This document shows, piece by piece, positions 1 to 10,222 of a stretch of 64,000 bases of DNA. The translations under genes and the position numbers were made by a program. Position 1 is the stretch's first letter; the number at the start of each line of letters is the position of its first letter. Source of the DNA: Alphaproteobacteria bacterium (GTDB lineage: Bacteria > Pseudomonadota > Alphaproteobacteria > MPNO01); NCBI GenBank assembly GCA_965248835.1, contig CBDFLJ010000001.1, forward strand, positions 1,416,820 through 1,480,819, written 5' to 3'. The notes under the pieces are model-generated. The model had not been told where the DNA came from and ran no database searches. It worked only from the letters and a program-made list of their open reading frames with translations.

Positions 1-680
1 CGGCCATGGGTTGGCGGTCGATTCGGGTGGCGCTGGACCGGCCGCACATGATGCGCCAGCAGCTCCGCGCGCTGATCGGGGCCACCGGCGCCCGCGGGCT
101 GAACATCATGTTCCCGATGATCGCGGAGGTCGCCGAGCTGGAAGCCGCGCGCGCCATCCTGGATCTCGAACTGCGCCGGGCCGCGACGCGGGGCGAGCCG
201 ATGCCCGATCCCGTGCGCGTCGGGGTGATGGTCGAGGTGCCCAGCCTGATGTGGCAGCTCGAGGCGCTGCTGCCGCGGGTCGATTTCGTCTCGGTCGGCA
301 GCAACGACCTTTTCCAGTTTCTGTTCGCCTCGGACAGGGGAAACCCTCGGGTCAGCGAGCGTTACGACGTCCTGTCGCCCGGCCCGCTGTCGTTGCTGCG
401 CGGCCTGGTCGCGCGCTGCGATGCCCATGGTGTCCCGGTCTCGCTTTGCGGCGAGATGGCGGGCCGGCCGATCGAGGCGATGGCCGTGATCGGGGTCGGG
501 TTCCGCAGCATTTCCGCGCCCGCCGGCACGATCGGGCCGGTTAAGAAAATGATCCTGAGCCTCGATGCCGGCATGCTCGGCGACTTCCTGGCGACGCTTC
601 TGAACCTGCCCGACCGCAGCATCCGCGAACGGCTGCGAGGTTTCTCCCGCGACCGCGGCATAATACTGGAGGATGCTTGA
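1..680 (+). CDS. ptsP: PEP-protein phosphotransferase enzyme I (EI-Ntr, PtsP), C-terminal portion. The 5' end lies upstream of the window.
   Basis: ORF 6..680 has no real start inside the window. The translation has PEP-utilizing-enzyme TIM-barrel motifs (VGVMVEVPS, SVGSNDLFQF, SLCGEMAG). Confidence 0.8.
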   Translation, partial: AMGWRSIRVALDRPHMMRQQLRALIGATGARGLNIMFPMIAEVAELEAARAILDLELRRAATRGEPMPDPVRVGVMVEVPSLMWQLEALLPRVDFVSVGSNDLFQFLFASDRGNPRVSERYDVLSPGPLSLLRGLVARCDAHGVPVSLCGEMAGRPIEAMAVIGVGFRSISAPAGTIGPVKKMILSLDAGMLGDFLATLLNLPDRSIRERLRGFSRDRGIILEDA

Positions 681-924
681 CCGCAGGCCCGCGGCCTGGC
701 GGACTCCAGGGCATCGGTCATCACAAATGAATTGATCGATGTCACCCGAAGTTGCTACTAAAGCTGGACCTGTCCGTTGGACGGGTAAGGAGGCGAGCGG
801 TCAGGCGCGCGTTGCGCCGCGGAAAGGCTGCCCGGGCGCACGGTGTCGGCCCAAGGGGCCGGCCCAAGATGCCGGTGGCGCGCGCACGCCGCACACGCTA
901 TCGAACCGGGCGTGAGCGTTCGGT

Positions 925-2082
925 ATGGACAATGGCGCGGACAGACCGCAAGAGCCGGAGGAAGCGACGCCGGTGGCCGCCGCCCGGACATCATTCGACG
1001 CAGCCGAAGTCGGCGCCCGCCTGCGCGAAGCGCGGCTTGCCCTTGGGTACGACGTGGTCGACGTCGCGAGCGAGCTGCGCATCCGCCGCATCTATCTGCA
1101 AGCCATCGAGGAAGGCCGGCTGAGCGATCTGCCCGGGTCCGCCTATGTGACCGGTTTCCTGCGTGTCTATGGCGACTATCTGGGGCTCGACGGCCGCGAG
1201 ATCATCGAATCGTACAAGGCGGCGGGCCGGCCCAGCACCGGCGAGACGGATCTGTCCCTGCCCTCGCCGGTCGAGGAAGGCCGGCTCCCCACCCGTCCGA
1301 TCCTGCTGCTCGCCGCGTTGCTCGCCGTGGGGGCTTATGGCGTCTGGTACTACATGGCCAAAAGCGACCGCGACCCGGTCGAGAGTGTCGCGGCCCTGCC
1401 CGACCAGCTTATCGCACTGATCGAGGAGCCCACGGCCGCGGCGCCGCCGGAGACGGCCGAGGCGGACCGGGCCGCTCCAGAGCCGCCGGCCAACGACACG
1501 GCGACCGCGCCGACCAGTCAGCCGGTCGAAGATGTCCGGCCGCCGGCGCTCGAAGATCCTCCGGGCCAGGCCGAGGGCACTGTCACCGATCCCGTTGATG
1601 CCGACGCCGCCGCCGTTCCGGGGACGCCGACGCGCATGGAGACGGCCGCCGTTCAGCCGGAGACCGCCGCTGCGCCGCCGCCCATCCCTGTCGAGGCTGC
1701 CCCGGAGCCCGTCGAAACCGAAACGGCCGGCCGCTCGGCGACGGTCGCGCCCGAGGCCGACGGCGGGCTTTCGCCGCTCGGCGGCGGCGCCGCCGAGCAG
1801 GCCGAGACCCTGATCGCCGGCCGCATCGTTCTGCAGGCCAACACCGATATCTGGCTCGAAGTCGGGGCGGACGGTGCGGCGCCGGTCTATTCCGGCGTGC
1901 TGCGCCGGGGCGGCAGCTACCCTGTGCCCGCGCAGTCAGGGCTTACCCTGATGACCGGCGACGCCGGTGGCATCGACATCCTGGTCGACGGCCGGGCGAT
2001 CCCCAAGCTCGGGCCTCGGGGTGCGGTCAAGCGCGATGTGGTGCTCGATGCCGACCGCCTGCTGGGGCTGGCGAGTCAGTAA
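925..2082 (+). CDS. RodZ-like cytoskeleton protein (N-terminal XRE-type HTH, single TM, Pro/Ala-rich linker, C-terminal DUF4115-like domain)
   Basis: The HTH segment reads GARLREARLALGYDVVDVASELRIRRIYLQAIEEG. A TM helix (ILLLAALLAVGAYGVWYYM) is followed by a long acidic/Pro-rich spacer. The conserved C-terminal beta domain (IVLQANTDIWLEV...GDAGGIDILVDG) matches RodZ architecture. Confidence 0.7.
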   Translation: MDNGADRPQEPEEATPVAAARTSFDAAEVGARLREARLALGYDVVDVASELRIRRIYLQAIEEGRLSDLPGSAYVTGFLRVYGDYLGLDGREIIESYKAAGRPSTGETDLSLPSPVEEGRLPTRPILLLAALLAVGAYGVWYYMAKSDRDPVESVAALPDQLIALIEEPTAAAPPETAEADRAAPEPPANDTATAPTSQPVEDVRPPALEDPPGQAEGTVTDPVDADAAAVPGTPTRMETAAVQPETAAAPPPIPVEAAPEPVETETAGRSATVAPEADGGLSPLGGGAAEQAETLIAGRIVLQANTDIWLEVGADGAAPVYSGVLRRGGSYPVPAQSGLTLMTGDAGGIDILVDGRAIPKLGPRGAVKRDVVLDADRLLGLASQ

Positions 2083-2218
2083 AGCCTTCGCCCGAGCGCG
2101 TTTTTGCACGGCGGCGAATTGCGCTATAACCCGCCGATGGCGGCGAGAATCGGCTTATTGATCCACCGCGCCGGGTTGCGGTATCGCGCTGCCGAGCCCG
2201 GCCGGCGAGCACCCTGAC

Positions 2219-3463
2219 GTGGCGAAGCTCCAGCCCGTGCGGGGAACGCACGACCTGCTGCCCGATCAGGCGCGCGGGTTCCGCCGAATCGTCGAGGCCG
2301 CGCGGCAGGTCGCCGGACGCTACGGCTATCACGAGATCGCGACGCCGGTCTTCGAGTTCTCCGAGGTCTTCAAGCGCACCCTTGGCGAGACCTCCGACAT
2401 CGTTGCCAAGGAGATGTACACCTTCACCGACCGCGGCGGCGAGGAGCTCACCCTGCGCCCCGAGGCCACCGCCGGCATCGCCCGGGCGCTGATCTCCAAC
2501 GGCCTGTCGCAGCACCTGCCGCTCAAATACTTCTGTGCCGGGCCGATGTTCCGCTATGAGCGGCCGCAAAAGGGCAGGCTCCGCCAGTTCCACCAGATCG
2601 ATATCGAGCTGCTAGGCGTTGCCGAGCCGATCGCCGACATCGAGGTGATTGCGCTCGGCGCCGCGGTGCTCGATGCGCTCGGCGTCCGCGCCCGGACGAC
2701 GCTGGAGCTCAACACGCTGGGCAATGCCGCCAGCCGGGCCGCCTATCGCACGGTCCTGGTCGACTACCTCCAGGCCCATCGCGCCGCGCTGTCCGAGGAC
2801 AGCCTCGCGCGGCTCGACCGCAACCCCTTGCGGATCCTCGATTCCAAGGATGCCGGCGACCGCGAGGTCGTCGTCGGCGCGCCTTCGTTCGCCGACAGTC
2901 TGGATGGGGAATCGACGGATTTCTTCGCCACCGTGCGCGACGGGCTGGTCAGGCTCGGCATCGACCATGAGGTCAACCGTCGGCTGGTCCGCGGGCTCGA
3001 CTATTATTGCCATACCGCCTTCGAGTTCACCACCGAGGCGCTGGGCGCGCAGGGTGCCGTCATTGCCGGCGGACGCTATGACGGGCTGGTCGGAATGATG
3101 GGCGGACCACAGACTCCGGGTATCGGCTGGGCCGGCGGCATCGAGAGGCTTTCGATGCTGAGCGGCGAGCCGGAACCGCCGCCGCGGCCGATCGCGCTGG
3201 TCCCGGTCGGCGCCGCCGCCGAGGCCGCGACGCTGACGCTTGCCCAAAGCCTGCGCGGCGCCGGCTTTACCGTCGAGCTCGGCTATCGCGGCAACCTCAA
3301 GCGCCGCTTGGCGCGTGCCGACCGCCTCAACGCCCGGGCAGCGGTCATCCTGGGCGAGGACGAGCTCGCCGGCGGGACCGCCACGCTGCGCGATCTGGAT
3401 AGCGGCGAGCAGACCGCGGTGCCCCTGTCCGAGCTTGCCGCCCACCTGGCGCGGTTTGCATGA
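2219..3463 (+). CDS. hisS: histidine--tRNA ligase
   Basis: GTG start. Class II aaRS motifs are present (RYGYHEIATPVFE, LTLRPEATAG, FRYERPQKGRLRQFHQ), with a C-terminal anticodon-binding domain. The stop lies 7 nt before the hemA ATG. Confidence 0.9.
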   Translation: MAKLQPVRGTHDLLPDQARGFRRIVEAARQVAGRYGYHEIATPVFEFSEVFKRTLGETSDIVAKEMYTFTDRGGEELTLRPEATAGIARALISNGLSQHLPLKYFCAGPMFRYERPQKGRLRQFHQIDIELLGVAEPIADIEVIALGAAVLDALGVRARTTLELNTLGNAASRAAYRTVLVDYLQAHRAALSEDSLARLDRNPLRILDSKDAGDREVVVGAPSFADSLDGESTDFFATVRDGLVRLGIDHEVNRRLVRGLDYYCHTAFEFTTEALGAQGAVIAGGRYDGLVGMMGGPQTPGIGWAGGIERLSMLSGEPEPPPRPIALVPVGAAAEAATLTLAQSLRGAGFTVELGYRGNLKRRLARADRLNARAAVILGEDELAGGTATLRDLDSGEQTAVPLSELAAHLARFA

Positions 3464-3470
3464 CCGGGCG

Positions 3471-4757
3471 ATGGGCCGGCCCGGGCAAAAACCGAATTTC
3501 CTCGTCGTCGGCGCGAACCACCGTTCCAGCGCCGCGACGACCCGCGACCGGTTGCTGGTCGAGGACGAGGCCCAGCCCGCTTTCCTCGAACGGCTCCGCC
3601 GGGCCGGTGTGGACCAGGCGGTGCTGCTGTCGACATGTGCCCGCACGGAGGTGCAGGCGGTTCAATCCGATACGGCTGCCGCGGTCGCGGCGATCTCGAC
3701 CCTTTTCGCCGAACGGGCGGGTATGGAGGTCGAGGAGATCGCGGCCGAGCTTTACGTCAAGCGGGACGCCGAGGCGGTGCGCCATGTCTTCCGCGTTGCC
3801 GCGGCGCTGGACAGCCCGGTGATCGGCGAGCCCCAGGTTACCGGACAGGTCCGCGAAGGCCATCGCCGCGCGCGTGCGGCCGGGATGGTCGGAGCCGATC
3901 TCGAAGCACTGCTGAACGCGGCCTACGCTACGGCCAGACGGGTGCGGTCCGAGACGACGATCGGCCAGCGGCCGGTCTCGATGGCCGCCGCGGCGCGCCG
4001 CCTCGCCCGCGACGTCCACGGCGACCTGACCGGCTGCACCGCGCTCATGCTGATCGGCGGTGACATGGGCGAGTTCGTCGCCGAGCACATCCTGGCCTCG
4101 GGGTTGCGCGGAATCGTCATGGCCGCTCGGGTGGCCGCGCGCGCGGAGGCCGCCGCACGGCGGCACGGATGCCACCATGCGCCGATCGAGACACTCCAGG
4201 ATCTGCTGGCGGAGTCCGATATCGTGGTCAGCGCGCTCGGCACCGGACGACACGCGATCACCGCTTCGATGGTGCGCGCGGCCCTGCGCGCCCGCCGGCG
4301 CAAGCCGATCCTGCTGATCGATGCGGCCATCCCCGGCGACGTCGCCGCCGAGGTGGACGATCTCGACGATGCGTTCGTCTATGATTTGGCGGATCTGGAG
4401 CGCATCGCCGAACAGGGCGTGGCGGGCCGGGAGGAGGCCGCGCACCAGGCCGAGGCGGTCCTCGACGAGGAGGTGGGCCGTTACCTCCGCACCCTGGTGG
4501 TGCGCGATCCGGGCCCGGCGATCGCGGCGCTGCGGGCCCACTTCGAGGCGGTACGCGGTGATGTGCTGGCCGCGCACGGCGGGGAGGATGTGGCGCTGGT
4601 CACCCGGCGCCTGGTAAACCGCCTGCTCGATACACCCTCACGCGCGCTTGGCGCGCTCGCCGCCGAGGACGATCCGGCGCGGCCCGATCTCGAAGCTGCG
4701 CTCGCTGCGCTGTTCGCGATCGAGTCGACCGATCGCGGCCCGGATGAGGATCGGTAG
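3471..4757 (+). CDS. hemA: glutamyl-tRNA reductase
   Basis: An internal ATG (residue 78 of ORF 3240..4757) gives a 428-aa protein. It begins [20 protein letters not shown] with the conserved LSTCARTEV catalytic Cys region. The sequence upstream of this ATG overlaps the hisS 3' end in another frame. Confidence 0.85.
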   Translation: MGRPGQKPNFLVVGANHRSSAATTRDRLLVEDEAQPAFLERLRRAGVDQAVLLSTCARTEVQAVQSDTAAAVAAISTLFAERAGMEVEEIAAELYVKRDAEAVRHVFRVAAALDSPVIGEPQVTGQVREGHRRARAAGMVGADLEALLNAAYATARRVRSETTIGQRPVSMAAAARRLARDVHGDLTGCTALMLIGGDMGEFVAEHILASGLRGIVMAARVAARAEAAARRHGCHHAPIETLQDLLAESDIVVSALGTGRHAITASMVRAALRARRRKPILLIDAAIPGDVAAEVDDLDDAFVYDLADLERIAEQGVAGREEAAHQAEAVLDEEVGRYLRTLVVRDPGPAIAALRAHFEAVRGDVLAAHGGEDVALVTRRLVNRLLDTPSRALGALAAEDDPARPDLEAALAALFAIESTDRGPDEDR

Positions 4758-4759
4758 GC

Positions 4760-5830
4760 ATGGACGAGAAGCTCGAACTTCTGCTCGCCCGCCATGAGGA
4801 GCTGGCGGCCACGCTCGCCGGCTCGGAGCTTCGCGACAGCCAGGAATTCGTTCGGGTATCGAAAGAATATGCCGAGCTCAACCCTGTGGTCGATGCCATC
4901 AAGGCGCTGCGGGCCGCCCGGCGGGAAGCGCACGGACTGGAAGAAATCATCGCCGAGGAGATCTCGGATTCCGACATGCGCGAGCTCGCGCAGGCAGAGC
5001 TGTCCGAGGTCAGACGCGCCATCGGCGAGCACGAGCAGGCCTTGAAGTGGCTGCTCCTGCCGAAGGACGCTGCCGATGACGGGAACGCTATCCTCGAGAT
5101 CCGGGCGGGCACCGGTGGCGAGGAGGCGGCGCTGTTCGCGGCCAATCTGTACCGCATGTATCAGCGTTACGCCGAACTGCACAACTGGCGCATGGAGCTG
5201 ATCCAGGCCACCGAGACCGGGATCGGCGGCTTCAAGGAGGCCATCGCGGAGATCTCGGGCAGCGGCGTGTTCGCGCGGCTGAAGTTTGAATCGGGTGTCC
5301 ATCGCGTCCAGCGGGTCCCGGAGACCGAGTCCAGCGGGCGGATTCACACCTCGGCGGCGACGGTCGCGGTCCTGCCGGAGCCGGAGGATGTCGACATCCA
5401 GATCGATGAGCGCGATCTGCGGATCGACGTTTTCCGCTCTTCCGGACCCGGCGGGCAGTCGGTCAACACCACCGACAGCGCGGTTCGGATCACCCATGTC
5501 CCGACCGGGATCGTGGTCTCGCAGCAGGACGAGAAATCCCAGCACAAGAACCGTGCGAAGGCGATGAAGGTGCTGCGCGCGCGGCTCTATCAGGCGGAGC
5601 GCGCCGCCCGCGATGCCGAACGCGCTGCGGCGAGGCGCTCCCAGGTCGGCTCCGGCGACCGGTCGGAGCGTATCCGCACCTACAACTATCCGCAGGGCCG
5701 GGTGACCGACCATCGGATCAACCTGACGCTGCACAAGCTCGACCGGGTCCTTGCCGGGGAGTCGCTGGACGAGATCATCGATGCGCTGAGCGCCGACGAC
5801 CAGGCGGCACGGCTGGCGGAAGTCTCTTGA
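4760..5830 (+). CDS. prfA: peptide chain release factor 1
   Basis: The GGQ motif ([20 protein letters not shown]) and RF-1 PxT-type domain are present. The gene starts 2 nt after the hemA stop. Confidence 0.95.
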   Translation: MDEKLELLLARHEELAATLAGSELRDSQEFVRVSKEYAELNPVVDAIKALRAARREAHGLEEIIAEEISDSDMRELAQAELSEVRRAIGEHEQALKWLLLPKDAADDGNAILEIRAGTGGEEAALFAANLYRMYQRYAELHNWRMELIQATETGIGGFKEAIAEISGSGVFARLKFESGVHRVQRVPETESSGRIHTSAATVAVLPEPEDVDIQIDERDLRIDVFRSSGPGGQSVNTTDSAVRITHVPTGIVVSQQDEKSQHKNRAKAMKVLRARLYQAERAARDAERAAARRSQVGSGDRSERIRTYNYPQGRVTDHRINLTLHKLDRVLAGESLDEIIDALSADDQAARLAEVS

Positions 5831-6702
5831 TCGCGGCCTCGACCGCGATGAGCCAGGCGGCACGCCGCCTGCGGGCGGCCGGTGTCGAACGCGCCGAGGC
5901 CGATGCGCGGCTGCTGCTGTGCGCGAGCCTCGGCATTGGCCGTGCCGGGCTGATCGCCGCCCCCGAGCGCTGCCTCGATGACGACCAGGCGGCGGTCTAC
6001 CGCGCGCGAATCGATCGGCGTTGCGGGCGCGAGCCGGTGTCGCGCATCCTCGGCGCGCGCGAGTTCTGGAGCCTCGATTTCGCGCTCAACCCGGCGACGC
6101 TGGATCCGCGGCCCGACAGCGAGACGCTCATCGAGGCGGTGCTGGCCTGGCAGCCCGACCGGGCCGCCGCGTTGCGGATCCTCGATCTCGGGACCGGCTC
6201 GGGATGTCTGCTGTGCGCCCTGTTGAGTGAGTTTCCGGCCGCCGCCGGCGTCGGGACGGACCGCGCCGCCGGCGCGGTCGGGATGGCGCGCGTGAACGCG
6301 GCCGCGCTGGGGCTTGCGGACCGTGCGCGGTTCGTCTGCACCAATTGGGAGGACGCGGTCGCGGCGGGCCGGTTCGACCTGATCGTCGCCAACCCGCCCT
6401 ATATCCCGCGCGCCGCGATTGACGGGCTGGCCCCGGAAGTTGCATTGTTCGATCCGCGCGCGGCCCTGGACGGCGGCGTGGACGGGCTTGATGCCTACGG
6501 CGCCTTGGCGCCGCGGATGCATCGGAGGCTCGCGCGCGGAGGCGCGGCCTTCGTCGAGATCGCCCAGGGCCAGGCCGGTCCGGTGGGTGCGGTCATGGCC
6601 GCTTGCGGCCTGGAGCGATTCGTCGAAATGGCCGACCTGGGCGGTATAGTGCGCTGCCTGGGGCTGTGCAAAGCCGATGCGTCAACCCTCGGTAAAAAAT
6701 AA
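5827..6702 (+). CDS. prmC: release factor glutamine N5-methyltransferase (PrmC/HemK)
   Basis: The NPPY motif (IVANPPYIP) and SAM-binding motif (LDLGTGSGC) are present. The gene overlaps the prfA stop. The start is ambiguous: TTG at 5827 or ATG at 5848. Confidence 0.85.
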   Translation: MIAASTAMSQAARRLRAAGVERAEADARLLLCASLGIGRAGLIAAPERCLDDDQAAVYRARIDRRCGREPVSRILGAREFWSLDFALNPATLDPRPDSETLIEAVLAWQPDRAAALRILDLGTGSGCLLCALLSEFPAAAGVGTDRAAGAVGMARVNAAALGLADRARFVCTNWEDAVAAGRFDLIVANPPYIPRAAIDGLAPEVALFDPRAALDGGVDGLDAYGALAPRMHRRLARGGAAFVEIAQGQAGPVGAVMAACGLERFVEMADLGGIVRCLGLCKADASTLGKK

Positions 6703-6896
6703 AGGTTGGAAAGCATCGGATGCGTGGTTAGGTTTGAAGCCGGCAAGGCAGCGGGCAGCGGGCCCAGGACTGCCGGCCCGTGAAGCACCCTTTTGAGATG
6801 CCAACCTACGGGTAGCGGCAAGCGCCCGGAGCCAGGACATTTTGGGGCACCGGCGGTGGGAAAGGGCTTCGTAACTTGAACAGAAAAGTGGAACCT

Positions 6897-7349
6897 ATGA
6901 GACAAGGATCCAACCCAAAGCGTCTTCGCGGGCGGACCGGCCGGAAGAATCCACATTCGAGGTCGCAGACCTTCGAGAGCAACGGCCCGGAGGTGAAGGT
7001 CCGGGGCAACGCCCAGCAGGTCGTCGAGAAGTACCTGGCCCTGGCACGCGACGCGACCTCGGCAGGCGATCGGATTACCGCGGAAAGCTATTTCCAGCAT
7101 GCCGAGCATTACTACCGGGTCATGACCGCCAACGGCGAGTTCGAGGATCGCAACGCCCAGAACGGCCGCCCGCAGGGAGATCTGGACATCCGCGCCGAAG
7201 GCGACGCCGACGAGGCGCCGACGATCGAGGTCATCACCAATGGCGGCGCGCATGCGGAGATCCCCGAGGCGAGCGGGAACGGCGCCAACGGCGCATCGGC
7301 GAGTCCGACGCAGGAAGAACCGGCCCAGGATCCGCAGCCGCAGGATTGA
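6897..7349 (+). CDS. DUF4167 domain protein
   Basis: Starting at the internal ATG gives MRQGSNPKRLRGR...SNGPEVKVRGNAQQVVEKYLALARDA...AESYFQHAEHYYR, a typical DUF4167 N-terminus. The C-terminus is acidic and low-complexity. Confidence 0.7.
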   Translation: MRQGSNPKRLRGRTGRKNPHSRSQTFESNGPEVKVRGNAQQVVEKYLALARDATSAGDRITAESYFQHAEHYYRVMTANGEFEDRNAQNGRPQGDLDIRAEGDADEAPTIEVITNGGAHAEIPEASGNGANGASASPTQEEPAQDPQPQD

Positions 7350-7403
7350 CCTGACCGGCGGCGGCCAGGACAGCCATACCCCAAAACTCCGAGATTATAT
7401 GGC

Positions 7404-7435
7404 CTTGCGGGTCTCCTGCTTGGCATCCATATAGG
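7404..7435 (+). promoter_or_regulatory. candidate sigma-32 (RpoH)-type heat-shock promoter upstream of clpB
   Basis: CTTGCG (7404-7409) and tCCATATAgg (7426-7435) resemble CTTGAA/CCCCATnT. The spacing is 17-19 nt, longer than the E. coli optimum. The site lies about 90 nt upstream of the clpB ATG. Confidence 0.25.
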
Positions 7436-7524
7436 ATTCGGACGCCTGATCCAGGGTCCGGATAGCACGCCCGCCTGTTGCAGGGGGCATCAAGTTGCAA
7501 TGTCTGTGAGCGGAGTTGCACGGC

Positions 7525-10119
7525 ATGGATTTCGACAGCTACACCGAGCGCGCCCGCGGCGTGGTCCAGTCGGCCCAGACCCAGGCGATGGGCCGCGGCC
7601 ATCAGCGCTTCACCCCTGAACACATCTTGAAGGTCCTGCTCGAGGACCGCGAGGGCCTTGCGTCCGGCCTCGTCCGCAACGCCGGCGGCGATCCCGCCGA
7701 GGTGCTGCGGCGCACCGAGGCTGTGCTCGACGGGCTGCCGCGGGTCGAAGGCGGCAATGGACAGCTCTACCTGGCGCCCGAGACCGCGCGGGTCTTCGAG
7801 GCCGCCCGGGACGCCGGCAGGAAGGCCGGCGACCGCTTCGTGACCGTCGAGCGGCTGCTGCTTGCGCTCGCGCTGTCGAGCGAGACGCAGGCCGGCCGGA
7901 TCCTCAAGGAATGCGGCCTCACGCCGCAGGCGCTGAATGGCGCGATCGAGGCCCTGCGCAAGGGCCGGACCGCCGACACCGCCGGCGCGGAGCAGGCCTA
8001 TGACGCGCTCAAGCGCTACGCGACCGACCTGACCGGGCAGGCCGAGACCGGCAAGCTCGATCCGGTGATCGGGCGCGACGAGGAGATCCGCCGCACCATC
8101 CAGGTGCTGGCCCGCCGGACCAAGAATAATCCCGTCCTGATCGGTGAGCCCGGCGTCGGCAAGACCGCCATCGTCGAGGGTCTGGCCCAGCGGATCGTCA
8201 AGGGCGACGTGCCCGAATCGCTGCGCAACAAGCGGCTGATGGCGCTCGACCTCGGTGCGGTCGTTGCCGGCGCCAAGTACCGCGGCGAGTTCGAAGAGCG
8301 GCTCAAGGCCGTGCTCGAGGAGATTCGCGCCGCTGAGGGCGAAGTGTTGGTTTTCATCGACGAGCTCCACACGCTGGTCGGCGCCGGCGCCGCCGAAGGG
8401 GCGATGGATGCATCCAACATGCTCAAGCCCATGCTGGCGCGTGGCGAGCTTCATTGCATCGGCGCAACGACGCTGGACGAATACCGCAAGCACATCGAGA
8501 AGGACGCCGCGCTCGCCCGGCGGTTCCAGCCGGTGTTCGTCGCCGAGCCGAACGTTGCCGATACGATCTCGATCCTGCGCGGGCTCAAGGAGAAGTACGA
8601 GCTGCACCACGGCATCCGGATCGCCGACGGGGCGATCGTTGCCGCGGCCACGCTGTCGAGCCGCTATATCGCCGACCGGTTTCTGCCTGACAAGGCGATC
8701 GACCTGGTCGATGAGGCGTCCTCACGGTTGAGGATGAGCATCGATTCCAAGCCGGAGGAGATCGACGAGCTCGACCGGCGGATCATCCAGCTCAAGATCG
8801 AGCGCGAGGCGCTTGGCAAGGAGAGCGATCCGGCCTCGCGCGAACGGCTCGAAAAGCTGGAGAGCGAGCTTGCCGATTTCGAGCAGAAATCGATCGAGTT
8901 GACCGCCGTCTGGCAGGCGGAGAAGGACAAGATCGCCGACAGTCACAAGGTCCAGGAGCGGCTCGACCAGGCACGTATCGAGCTCGAGCAGGCTCAGCGC
9001 TCCGGCGACCTTGCGCGCGCCGGCGAGCTGGCTTATGGCCTGATCCCCGAACTCGAGTGCAAGCTCGCCACCGACGGCAACGGCCAGGACGGCCGCCGGA
9101 TGCTCAACGAGCAGGTGAGCGAGGCCGACATCGCCGCCGTGGTCTCGCGTTGGACCGGCATCCCGACGGACAAGATGCTGGAGGGCGAGCGCGACCGGCT
9201 GCTCGGCATGGAGGGTGCGCTGTCGGCCCGTGTGGTCGGCCAGGACGAGGCGGTCGGCACCATCGCCAATGCGGTCCGGCGCGCCCGTGCCGGGCTCCAG
9301 GACCCCAACCGGCCGCTGGGATCGTTCATGTTCCTCGGGCCGACCGGCGTCGGCAAGACGGAGCTCACCAAGGCTCTTGCGGCTTTCCTGTTCGACGACG
9401 AGGCGGCGCTGATTCGCATCGACATGTCGGAGTACATGGAAAAGCATGCCGTCGCCCGGCTGATCGGCGCGCCGCCCGGCTATGTCGGCTATGAAGAGGG
9501 CGGCAGCCTGACCGAGGCGGTCCGTCGCCGGCCTTATCAGGTGATCCTGTTCGACGAGGTCGAGAAGGCCCACCCGGACGTTTTCAACATCCTGCTCCAG
9601 GTGCTCGACGACGGAAGGCTGACCGACGGCCACGGCCGCCATGTCGATTTCCGCAACACGCTGATCGTGCTGACCTCGAACCTCGGCAGCGAAGCCCTGG
9701 CCGCCCAGACCGAGGGCGAGGACGTCGAGGCGGCGCGCGCAGGCATCATGGACGCGGTGCGCGCCGCGTTCCGCCCGGAGTTCCTCAACCGGCTCGACGA
9801 GATCCTGCTGTTCCGCCGGCTCGACCGCGGGCACATGGAGGCGATCGTCGATATCCAGCTCGACCGCCTCGCTTGCTTGCTGGAGGACCGCTCGGTGAGG
9901 TTGGCCGTCGATGAGGCCGCCAAGGCCTGGCTCGCCGAGGAGGGGTACGATCCGGCCTATGGCGCCCGTCCGCTCAAGCGCGTCATCCAGCGGAGCCTGC
10001 AAAACCCGCTCGCGACCCTGATCCTCGAGGGCAGGATCCGCGACGGCGAGACGGTACGCATCGCCCGCGGTGCGGCGGGGCTGACCTTCAACGGCGAAGC
10101 GATCGCGCGCGCGGCCTGA
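7525..10119 (+). CDS. clpB: ATP-dependent chaperone ClpB (two AAA+ modules with coiled-coil M-domain)
   Basis: The translation starts [12 protein letters not shown]. Two Walker A boxes ([16 protein letters not shown]) and a long M-domain coiled coil are present. Length is ~865 aa. Confidence 0.95.
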   Translation: MDFDSYTERARGVVQSAQTQAMGRGHQRFTPEHILKVLLEDREGLASGLVRNAGGDPAEVLRRTEAVLDGLPRVEGGNGQLYLAPETARVFEAARDAGRKAGDRFVTVERLLLALALSSETQAGRILKECGLTPQALNGAIEALRKGRTADTAGAEQAYDALKRYATDLTGQAETGKLDPVIGRDEEIRRTIQVLARRTKNNPVLIGEPGVGKTAIVEGLAQRIVKGDVPESLRNKRLMALDLGAVVAGAKYRGEFEERLKAVLEEIRAAEGEVLVFIDELHTLVGAGAAEGAMDASNMLKPMLARGELHCIGATTLDEYRKHIEKDAALARRFQPVFVAEPNVADTISILRGLKEKYELHHGIRIADGAIVAAATLSSRYIADRFLPDKAIDLVDEASSRLRMSIDSKPEEIDELDRRIIQLKIEREALGKESDPASRERLEKLESELADFEQKSIELTAVWQAEKDKIADSHKVQERLDQARIELEQAQRSGDLARAGELAYGLIPELECKLATDGNGQDGRRMLNEQVSEADIAAVVSRWTGIPTDKMLEGERDRLLGMEGALSARVVGQDEAVGTIANAVRRARAGLQDPNRPLGSFMFLGPTGVGKTELTKALAAFLFDDEAALIRIDMSEYMEKHAVARLIGAPPGYVGYEEGGSLTEAVRRRPYQVILFDEVEKAHPDVFNILLQVLDDGRLTDGHGRHVDFRNTLIVLTSNLGSEALAAQTEGEDVEAARAGIMDAVRAAFRPEFLNRLDEILLFRRLDRGHMEAIVDIQLDRLACLLEDRSVRLAVDEAAKAWLAEEGYDPAYGARPLKRVIQRSLQNPLATLILEGRIRDGETVRIARGAAGLTFNGEAIARAA

Positions 10120-10120
10120 A

Positions 10121-10137
10121 GACGGGCGCAGCCCGTC
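10121..10137 (+). terminator. GC-rich hairpin immediately after the clpB stop (GACGGGC-gca-GCCCGTC), no U-tract
   Basis: Perfect 7-bp inverted repeat with a 3-nt loop, 2 nt downstream of the TGA at 10117-10119. Confidence 0.3.
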
Positions 10138-10222
10138 GGCTTGACGCCGCCGGCCCCGCTTCCCGATACTCGGCCACCGGCGGGCCGCCGTCCGGCGGGC
10201 CAGGCAAAAGACCGGGGGATGT

